A stretch of 64,000 nucleotides of DNA. It comes from Takakia lepidozioides. Its lineage: Eukaryota > Plantae > Bryophyta. A program made the translations under genes and the position numbers. Positions 11,741 to 21,415 of the stretch are shown in pieces; positions within the stretch are counted from its first letter, which is position 1; every line of letters begins with the position of its first letter. The notes under the pieces are model-generated. The model saw only the letters and a list, made by a program, of their open reading frames with translations. It was not told where the DNA came from and did no database searches. The stretch lies in NCBI GenBank assembly GCA_030704615.1, contig CM060731.1, positions 8,370,001 to 8,434,000 of the forward strand, in the 5' to 3' direction.

Positions 11741-12129
11741 AGAGTGCAGAGTGCACTTCCCTTGACGGTCTCTCTACCTACCGAGATGGTACAGGCAGTG
11801 AGTAGGGGCGAGCCGGTGAGGACCACGGGGTGTAGACATCCATGACACACGTGGGAGGTGCTCGAGGTTCAGAGGGAGTTGGCAGCCAAGGCGGCTGTGA
11901 TGGATGAGGTTGGGGATTCTTCTCGGGTTGAGGAGGTCCTCAAGGATGATATGATGGGGCAGGATGAGGCCTTGTCATTGACTGAGCAGGCAGGGAGTAC
12001 TACTCAAGAGGTTGCGGCATAGCAACCACGGGACGCGTCCTCTACCTCTAAGTCTGCTGGACTTAAGGTTGCAGTTACGGAGGACAATTGGGAGCCTGAC
12101 AGTGGACCCATTGTCACTGGAGGAGAGAG

Positions 12130-12959
12130 ACGACGTATATGGCAGTTCCTGAGGGCTTACAAGAATTGCTTTGCCTTCAGTTTGAAGGATTTGGGAGCAC
12201 TGAAGGGTCAGGAGATTCGTATTGAGTTGGCCACAGACACGCCAATCTTTCGGAGACCCTATAGATATAGTGACATGGAGAGGTCTTTGATTCAGATGAG
12301 GACAAGATCTCTAGGAGGCTGGTTTGGTGGAGCTCTCTGGTGGAGAGTATGCTTCAACCACGGTGATGCCAGCCAAGAAGGATGTCTATGGCAATTGGAC
12401 GGAGAGACGTATGTGCGGTGATTACCGGCCTGTAAATGGTTAGACCAAGTCCGATAAGTATGCCATGCCCACACCGGAGGAGATCTTTGATGCCATTGGG
12501 CATGCCAAGGTCTTTAGCACTTTGGACTTGCGGTCCGGATATCACCAGTTGCCGATCAAGGAGGCGGACAAGCAGAAGACGACATTCTGGGGGATCAATG
12601 AGCACGGGAAGGATTGCCTATATCAGTGGCGATTCTTACCATTCGGGCTTCAGAACGCTCCTGCAGAGTTCCAGAGAGTCATGGACAGGATTCTAGTAGG
12701 GGTAGACTTTGCTCGGTGCTACATAGATGACATCATTATCTTTAGTGCTACGGTGGAGGAGCACGAGAGACACCTTCAGGTGGTGTTTGAGCGCTTGAGA
12801 GCGCACGGATTGAAATTACATCCGGGGAAGTGCAAGTTCTTCCACAACCAGATTGAGTATCTGGGCCACATGATATATCCTGGAGGATTGGGGGTGCAGC
12901 AGACTAAGGTAGAGGCCATCGCACAGATTCCACGTCCCACGAATGTGAGCCGAGTTTGA
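12130..12959 (+). pseudogene. Gypsy-type reverse transcriptase domain
   Basis: PIFRRPYR, RRMCGDYR, FSTLDLRSGYHQ, LPFGLQNAPAEFQR, YIDDIII, KCKF..YLGH. Frameshift near 12305. Confidence 0.97.
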
Positions 12960-12965
12960 GCTTTC

Positions 12966-13589
12966 ATGGGGTTGGCAAACTACTATAGACGGTTTGTCAA
13001 GGGATTTAGTGCTATTGCAAAGGCTCTAACCAAGCTGACCAAGATAGACCAGGAGTGGCAGGGGGAAGATGAGCAAGAGCGAGCTTTTCCGGAGCTCAAG
13101 GCGAGGTTGACGTCGGCGCCGATCTTGAGACGACCTATCAGGGGGCGTCCTTTTCAGGTGCATACAGATTGGAGCATGTTGGGGCTTGGAGCGGTGCTCA
13201 CACAGGTGGATGATGAGGGAAGAGAGTTCGTAGTGGCTTATGCTAGCCGCTCGAACAACGCTGCAGAGTCTAAGTATAGCTCATATGAGGGGGAGTGCTT
13301 AGCTGCAGTGTGGGCCGTGGCACACTTAAGGTGCTATCTATACGGCAATCTCTTCACCCTTGTCACGGATCACCAGCCTCTAAAGTGGTTGATGGAGTCA
13401 GACAAGCTTACGGGGAAGCTTGCACGGTGGGCACTTATACTCCAAGAGTATGACTTTCAGGTTGTGCATCGACCGGGTTTGGTCAATAGGGATGCAGATG
13501 GATTGAGTCGCAATCCATGCACGAGCCAACATGATGACACTAGAGCTCGGTGGCATGGTGAGACAGACGAGGAGATGGTGACGGGATGA
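12966..13589 (+). pseudogene. RT connection and RNase H domain
   Basis: VHTDWS..GLGAVL, YSSYEGECLAAVWA, LVTDHQPL, NRDADGLSR. Confidence 0.95.
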
Positions 13590-13844
13590 CATGCATATGC
13601 CTTTTTGTGTATCTTGGCATTAGGAGGTCAGGTTGGACCTACAACAGGGATGACTGTAGACGGAGTGTCTGAGGACCTTGAGGCTAGTGATGAGCTAGGT
13701 GGTGCTAGAAATATACATGAGGATTCGGTTGGGTTGGACTACCTCCGCACTGGAGACACGGCAGCTAGTGTGACTGCCAAGGAGAGGGATCGGATCCTAC
13801 AACGAGCCAAGAGGTTCAAGTGGGAGGGGATACACCTGCTTTGA

Positions 13845-14900
13845 GTGTGGGAGGATGGTCGGGTGAGGATCGTGCCTCACCCAACACAGCGTGCACGGTT
13901 AGTGCGGCATGCCCATGAGGAGTTGGGGCATTTTGGAGTGCGACGCACTCATAGTTTACTGCAAGGGCAGTATTGGTGGCGTGGTATGCACACAGAGGTG
14001 CAACAGTTCGTGGGTGCGTGCTTCATTTAACGCCCCTACACCACAGTTTCATCCTTTACCCATCATGGGATTGGGCTACAGGTGGAGGGCCTTTGCCACT
14101 GACGATGCGTCACCACATATATGTGTTGGTGATGGTGGAGCACTTCTCCAAGTGGATTGAGTTGGTTCCATTGCCTGACAAGGCTAGTGAGGGGGCTGCG
14201 TATGCATTCCTGGATCGTGTGCTTAGCCGATTCGGTGCTCCAGCTGAGGTACTCACGGACCAAGGGAGAGAGTTCTTGGGGGAATTTCAGGCTTTGTGTG
14301 ATAAAACCTTGATAGACCACCGTACCACTTCTCGGGATCATCCTGAGACCGATGGCTTGGCAGATAGAGTGGTGCAGACGGTGAAGAGGGGTTTGCACAA
14401 GTATGGCTTGCAAAAGGGACACCTAGGAGATTGGGATCTTCAGGTACCTTGGTTAGCCATGGGCTACAGGTTCAGCAAGCAAGCATCACTTGCCTCCTTC
14501 TCACCATATTTCCTTCTCTTTGGCCAAGAGCCGGATTTGCCTGCATCTATTCGCAGGGAGGCTGCAATAGTCCTCAACCTTGATGATCGGGATGTGTGGA
14601 CACAAGCATGTGCCCAGCGAGTCATGCCTATGGCTTTTGAGAATCTTGCTATTGCCCAACACCAAGACACATTGAGGTATGCCACTATACGTGGAGGGGG
14701 ATATCGGCCAAGTGTTCGGCGTTTCCACCCTGGGGACTATGTGTATCTGCAGCAGACAGTGCCTACGACCTTGGATGTCACAGCAGGACGTGTGATTCTA
14801 AGGGTCAGGGAGGTGTTACCTTCAGGAGTGTTGATTCTGGAGGGTCGAGATGGCATGGTATGGAAGGATCATGTGTGCAATTGTGCGCCATGTCACCTTC
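13845..14900 (+). pseudogene. DDE integrase (HHCC zinc domain, core, C-terminal domain)
   Basis: HAHEELGHFG..YWWRGM..FVGAC (partly deleted), VMVEHFSKWIE, VLTDQGREF, HPETDGLADRVVQTVK, FSPYFLLFG, FHPGDYVYL. Confidence 0.93.
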
Positions 14901-14956
14901 TACATGTGGATGGGAGGATAGATCCCAACCTTGCAGTGGTACCTGCAGGATTGCGT

Positions 14957-15081
14957 TGCATGCTATGTGGGCATGCTCGTGGTGCCGCCACTATGCTGGT
15001 GTGTGATCGATGCTCAAGAGGTTGGCACATGGGATGCTTGACACCACCTCTTGAGAGGGATCCTGATTATGTCCACCTTGC
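14957..15081 (+). pseudogene. PHD finger at the integrase C-terminus
   Basis: CMLC..MLVCDRCSRGWHMGCLTPPL, completed after a small deletion or frameshift by *LCPPC (15064-15081; TGA probably from TGG). Together this gives a C4HC3 pattern. Confidence 0.88.
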
Positions 15082-15339
15082 TTGGGATAGTGGTAGTGGA
15101 TATGACTAGTGGCAGCTCACAAGACATGGGAGGCCAAGCTCATAGGAGTCAATACCCAAGATCTCAGGCTCAAGTTCACAGGTTGCAAGACGGCGACTAA
15201 TGATTGGGCAACTCTTGTACCCGGCCTCTTGATCTATTGAGTTTGAGTGTAGTAGGGACAATGGTGGAGGACCTAGTGAGGCTATGACCACTATTACATC
15301 TTGTGGCTACCTGGACTTAGAGGGACCTAAGCGCCAGCT

Positions 15340-15350
15340 AGGGGGGCGAT
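15340..15350 (+). promoter_or_regulatory. Polypurine tract
   Basis: aggggggcgat immediately before the TG that starts the LTR. Confidence 0.7.
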
Positions 15351-15909
15351 TGTGATGGACTAGTGGCTGCACTAGTGGTGGCTAGTGGCAGCCTAGTGGT
15401 TGGACTAGTGGCAGCACTAGTGGTGGCTAGTGGCAGCCTAATGGTTGACTAGTGGCTGCACTAGTGGTGACTAGTGGTTGTCTAGTGGCAGCCTAGTGGT
15501 GCACTAGTGATAGACTAGTGTTTGGTGTACACATATGTTGTGTGGTTTGGATAGCGATGTAGTTGTGTAGCGATATGTATGCGCACGACAGCTGTCAAGC
15601 TATTTTACCACTAGTGTGAAGTTAGCTAGGAAATAGCTAGCTTTTATATATTGACATTTGAGATTGACCCAAGTGTCAATCCAGGGGCCAATACATGTTT
15701 GGGCACCTGACGTTGTTATCTTCACGGCAGATCGCGGTGGGCTCATCTTTCTCGAGTTGAGCCTCACCGCGTTTAGCTTAGGCGCTGTAGTGTGGATTCT
15801 CCATGGCGTGGGGTGCACTTGGCTCGACTTAATATATGAGTGATGTTTTCATGTGCGAGTGTGAGAGTTTGAGAGAGCTTGTATACTTGTATCATTCTTT
15901 TCCTTATCA
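15351..15909 (+). repeat. Complete LTR (A+B, TG...CA, 559 bp)
   Basis: Starts tgtgat after the PPT and ends ttatca. A is a ctagtgg array. The A/B boundary is gaca-gc-tgtc at 15587-15596. Confidence 0.9.
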
Positions 15910-15910
15910 T

Positions 15911-16197
15911 TGTGATGGACTGGTGGCAGCCTAGTGATGGACTAGTGGCTGCACTAGTGGTGACTAGTGACAGCCTAGTGGTGGACTAGTGGCTGCACTA
16001 GTGGTTGGACTAGTGGCTGCACTAGTGGTGGCTAGTGGCAGCCTAGTGGTTGGACTAGTGGCTGCACATAGTGGTGACTAGTGGTTGTCTAGTGGCAGCC
16101 TAGTGGTGCACTAGTGATAGACTAGTGTTTGGTGTGCACATATGTTGTGTGGTTTGGACATCGATGTAGTTGTGTAGCGATATGTATGCGCACGACA
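15911..16197 (+). repeat. Right terminal repeat A2 (5' part of the LTR only)
   Basis: Matches 15351-15590 with ~47 bp of extra array units and ends at gcgcacgaca. Confidence 0.93.
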
Positions 16198-18006
16198 ACA
16201 ATAAGGTAAGAAACTGTAGGTGAAAAATCCACAACAGCAAATTAGGGTTCCAATATTTCTGAAGGTCGGAAAAAAAAAAAATATCAATGGAGTGGCCAAC
16301 GGGGAGGGAGGCCACTAGTTGGAATGGATGAGATGTGAGGCCATGTGTAGATGAGAGCATAGAAGTAGGATACATGAGGTGGCGGGGGCGGTGGCCCTTT
16401 CTCTAGAGTTTTCCAAAAAAGTAGGAGGCGGTGGGGCCCCCTTCTACAAAGCTCCACCACCGTCCTCATAGAGTATATAAAAGAGGGTGAGGGTTGGGTG
16501 AGGGCTACCTTCTACACGACTTCTTCCGCTCAACCTTACTTTGGTAGGCTCTACTGCAATCAAGGCCCTTTGAAAATGTAAATTGAAACCTGAACCATCT
16601 TTAAATGAATAGAAACATCAAATGTCTGTTGTGGGATTTGCTTTTCAGACATTGACACGATGGTCCATCGCTTTGGTCACAAGTCTAGTGTGAACATTGT
16701 AGCTCATTTGAAATAACTTCAATTTTTGAGTAAAAACGCTTCAATTTCAACAAATAAAAATACCAAAGTTAATTGAGAATACAGAGGCAACTTATTTAGT
16801 GTTGGGGTTGTTAAAATCGTCAAACAAAGTCTCTCCATTGACTCTCCATGAAAAAAAATCTTTATGCACATTCTTTGTTGTTGTTTTCAGCTCCTTGAGC
16901 GGATCTCTATCAACAAGATTGTTCTACACACAAATTTGAAGATAGAACAAGAAAAAGACCAATTAATCAGTATTTATCACCCTTTTTGGGATTTCAAAAC
17001 CAAATCGTTAATGACCTATGAGTGGCACATAGTGACAGGATGATTTAAACATTGGGCTATTTTGGATAACTGACAGTGTTTAAATTAGACAATATTACAA
17101 ATTGTTATGACATGACAAATGTGATATAGAAGAAACTCTTGTGTGTCTAGTGCCTGAGCTGCTCTATATTCATCAAGATTTTGAAATTGGATTATGGAAT
17201 TGAAGTGGGTGCGGCTATAAGCTTTGGTAAACTTGTTGACTTTTTTGGAAAACTCTGCATCCCATAGCCCCATCAATTTTGTGGTGGGCAAATAATATTT
17301 CCTAAGGTAGAAGACCTTTGTCCATCACAAGAATTGGGCTTGAGATGGTAAGAAAAAAATGCAACATCTCTTAATGGGGTTGCATAAGATTTTTTGTTTG
17401 TTTGTTTGTTTGTTTGTTTATTTATTTTAGAATAGTTTACTGTAAATTGCTGAGAGGACCTTATAACAGTACATGTTGTTTTATAGGGTTTCAAAGTCTA
17501 TACGTTATAAAATTTTGTCTCATATTGTTGGAGTTTAAGGTGATTTTCAAATGGTGCCAATGCAATACTAATTTAAAGAGTTGCATGAAATGAGACAAGT
17601 ATGTTGAAGATCAATGAAATATTTAATCTTTGTACTAAAATGTATGAAAAATAGAATATGCCTAAATATCAATTTGCTTATAGAAGAATATTTAACTAAA
17701 CTCACCATTTTATAATTCATGAACATGTACCATTGCTTTGGGAGCTTGCTTTCGTGGCCCCCAAATCAGCTGTATCTCTGTTATTTATACTATTAGAGAC
17801 ACTAGAATTCTTTGTTTGTTGGTTCCTCAAGCATCCATAGATGCCGATGGTGATTTGTGGTGTAGAATCCACAGTGGGAAGCATGAAAACCAAAGAGCCG
17901 CTTCTAAATAGTATTATGTCCATGGCTTAAGCTCCCAAGCCCTTCAGTTGTCTTAGGGTCGTCCTTGCAAGATCTTTTAATCCATTCTGTCTTTGGTTCC
18001 CTATAG

Positions 18007-18745
18007 GTGGTGGAGATCGATGAAGGTTGGACACTTGAAGAGAAAACACTTTGGTTTCATCGAAGATGAACGCATGTAGATATTTTGTCAATTACTTTAC
18101 ATCTTTGGAGTGTCATCGCGCCCAAGGTCTTGTTGTACTAACATGTTGACATTTCCTCAGCTCCACATAGGTGATGGAGTAAATGTTGTTGCCGCTACTA
18201 CCCTAAACGAGGAGGGGGAACATGTACACATCCTCTTCATTGATGTGGACTCGAACCATCCAGGTAGGACCTTTGTCTCTCCCTTAAGTTACATTTAATT
18301 GTGATATATTTGCAGTCTTTGAATAGCTTTCTTATGGTTTGACCTTTGTAGGGCCAGACGCTTTGGGCTGTGTGATACACTTGAAGCGCCATGAAATTTG
18401 CGCAGCGGGGCTAGGCGAGTGGCGGGTTAAGAATTTATTTCTTCATTTCATGGACAACACCGGGTGGTTGTGGGGCGTCGAGCTGTACGATCTATTTTCA
18501 AGTGAGACCTATATTGAGTCTTTGAAGCAGCAATTCAAGTAGGACTTGCTGCTGATAACATTACAAGGTGACATCAATCGTTGGTTAGATATAAATTGAT
18601 CAGTGCGTGTGGCACTGCGAACAACAGGGACTTGATTTCCCCGACTTCAAAAGATTTGGATGAGTCCTTTCTACAGGCAGCTAAAGGAGCACTTGCAGAT
18701 GGCGGGATCTTGGGGATCAACGTGATTTCATCGGCATGGTCTGTT
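18007..18745 (+). pseudogene. C-terminal fragments of a METTL13-like (eEF1A N-terminal methyltransferase, spermidine-synthase fold) gene
   Basis: Exon-like pieces VVEIDE..KHFGFIEDERM, LHIGDGV..HILFIDVDS and DESFLQAAKGALADGGILGINVI, with a frameshift and a stop. Confidence 0.65.
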
Positions 18746-19119
18746 CATCTCATCATCTGTGCTGGAAAAGGTAGGGCATCTGCAACTTTCCATGGAAAAT
18801 TTCATGAAATCATATACAACCTGCCTAGATAATTATTTTCACTTCTTATACAATATTGTCAGATTGTCTTCAAACTTTCAATATGAGAAGTTACTTGCTA
18901 AAACACGGTTGGCAGATGACTTTGCAGAGGATCAAAGCATGTTTAGCTAGAGAGAAAACACATATGATTGTTCAATCAAAGTTTCTTGAGTTTCAATCAA
19001 ATTTATCATTTGTAAACTGAGTAAGACAATCGTCTTTTCCAAGATTATGTCTTCTCCACAATCCCAAGGATAACATCTACTCGTGACTACTTGTAATGTC
19101 CGTGCGCATGCAAACTTTA

Positions 19120-19460
19120 GGTTTTTACTGCACAATTGGTGACCTCACCCTAGGCAACATCCTGGTTGTCAAGCTTGGGTGAGAAAATCACATTGTCAAA
19201 ATTGCAGATTTTGGTACTGGATTTATAGGAACCCCATGTGACCCAAGAGTTGAGTCCAATGCTTCGGAGACATTGCTCGTAACATTCTAGGAGGGGCTGT
19301 GGTTGATGAGGAGATGTTCAAGAATATCTGCAATGAAATCGGATACCCCCAAGGACTTGGTAAAATTCGTGAATGATTGTTACGACAACGTCAACTACGA
19401 GGAGCAATTGACTTTCTTTGCCATTTGTTCCACACTTAAAAGCATAGTGAAAAAATAGAA
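19120..19460 (+). pseudogene. Protein kinase fragment
   Basis: GDLTLGNILVVK..VKIADFG (subdomains VIb-VII) and TPKDLVKFVNDCY..LTFFAICSTLKSI (XI-like), with stops and a deleted middle. Confidence 0.65.
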
Positions 19461-21415
19461 TGGGTATGTTCTCCTTTAATTTTCTAACCCGTGTGGCTGT
19501 TAATTTTGGCTCTTAATGATCATCAGTGAGTTTCTTCGAAACCCCTCTTGTAGATTTTCTTATGAAGCATATAACCTGATGCATCCAGGATAAGCTTTTG
19601 TGATCAATTAATGATGGAAAAATTGAAGAATTTCTAACATCGCTCACAATTGTATAATCATATTGCTGTGCAATCTATCATCCATGGTACTATGCATGTT
19701 TTATAGATAAAGCTAATGTTACTAGACCTTATCGCACTCTTAACTATTCACAAGTTTTTCCAAAAAAGAGGGTTCAAATTTGACATGTATAATATTGCAT
19801 CATGCCATATATACATGCATTGTGGATGGTACGGGTTATGCAATGTATGTAATATCACCTACTAGATCATATCATATATATGACGTATATGCAATAGTTT
19901 TATGCTAAAGTTTGTGGAACATGTCATGCAAACCATGAAACGAGGGTAGGGGACGGTGGACGCCTAACATGCAAGAGGCACCATCTTGTCAACATACAAA
20001 ACTAGTTGGAGTGACACGGAAAAGAGTGTCACTCTGTAACTCCCACTTGGTGATACAAAATTTGACCAAATATAAACAAAGATGATTAAGTGACACACAG
20101 CCCCATCTATGGCCACTCATGGCAGTTTAGCCATTTCTCCAAGGGGTTTAGCCACGCCAAGCTAGGGTTTGTGTCTCTTGGACTCTAGGCTTCTTTGCAC
20201 CGAGCTATGGCGGCTATGAGGAAATCAACACGGTATTCTTGCTCTTTATGGCCCCCACACACCACCAATAGTAGCTCTAATTCCAAAGGAAGATGTTTGC
20301 AGCCGAAACTAAGTGCACAAGCTTCATTTTAACTCACAAAACAACGTCCGGAGTAACATCGAGGTAATACGGAACGGGGTGATATTGATAATTGAAACCT
20401 GCAGCTTATAGCTATAGTCCATCATTGTGGTCTTTCCAATAGACTATTTGTCACTACATAACAACCAATTGCATTTTAAAATCTTTAATGATGCGTCCGA
20501 GTAAGAGGGCGTGCTAATTGAAGGGTCGACTGCGGTCACCGACAAATTACGACAGATTCCATGCTTGCATTAAATCCATATTATTCCTATTGTTTTTCTA
20601 TAATGGGCGCCTTTAGCATCCGACATATGATAAGTGGTTCGGCACAAGACAAATGGGAAAGGGTCGAAGCCACAAAAATGTATGTTGAATGCGTGTCTCA
20701 GAGAGAGGACTCCGGCCAAAGCTGATGTAATTAAGATCCACTTCACCTTGCGACTATTCCCCCTCTTGGGACTCGGCTCTATATTTTGAATGTTGCCTAT
20801 TATAACCAACCCAGCTATAAAATGGGGTTGTTCGGTTAACTGATGAACTAATGCCTAATCCGAGAATATTTGAGGACTTCTTGGCAAACCGCGTTTGTTA
20901 AGATGTGTCCAATGTCCACCTTCGAGGAAGCAATCATAGTCTTACCTCTGTGGTAGCACTTTTCTTTGGAAGGAAGAGGCTCGTATTTACATTGAGTATC
21001 AAATGGAATTTATCATGCTAATGTTGGCCCCCTTGCTTTGTTATAGGTTTTGAATGAAAAGGAGAACACTAACTCAGTATCAGCACAAGTGAATTGAGGT
21101 TCAAATCCTGGATGTCACATTGCATACTAAGCTTGCCATAGCTATTGAGCTTGCATGAGAAAGGCGAGACTAAGTTAGAGGATGAAAGTCAAAGGCGAAG
21201 CTGCTGGGCTGTTTTGCAATGTGAGATGCACAGTCCCGGCATTCAGGGAGAGAGGACCATCTCGCCAACAATGTGGGTCCAGGGAAGTCGCCTTCCTGTA
21301 TTTTTGTTTTGTGTGGAGGTATATATTCGTGATTGCTGCTACTTGTTCCCTATCCTCTCTCTCTCTTCTAGCAACACACAAGTAAGGCGTCAAGGAGAAA
21401 GAATTTGAGGCAGAT

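Larger units (their letters stand above)
5129..16197 (+). mobile_element. Degenerate Ty3/Gypsy retrotransposon: gag-PR-DNMT-RT-RNaseH-IN-PHD with split/permuted LTRs
   Basis: Gypsy domain order PR-RT-RH-IN. Termini are TGTC (5129) and GACA (16197). Repeats B 5129-5440 / 15593-15909 and A 15351-15590 / 15911-16197. Flanks gcaa/acaa are a possible 4-bp TSD with one mismatch. Many stops and frameshifts. Confidence 0.95.

Noticed and set aside
10724-11845. DNMT as a host gene or bacterial contaminant
   Set aside because: It is intronless, in frame with PR and RT, and shows the same composition and decay as the rest of pol.
15351-16135. CTAGTGG array as a CRISPR-like array
   Set aside because: The units are 10-13 bp with no unique spacers, there are no cas genes, and the array lies within an LTR in eukaryotic DNA.
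5129-16197. DIRS/Ngaro tyrosine-recombinase element, suggested by the split repeats and a methyltransferase
   Set aside because: It encodes an aspartic protease and a DDE integrase, no YR motifs are seen, and the MTase is C5-type rather than the adenine type found in DIRS.
17085-17360. LINE RT remnant on the minus strand (GNII.., KFTKAYSR)
   Set aside because: The resemblance to the DF.KAYD region is too faint to call without a search.
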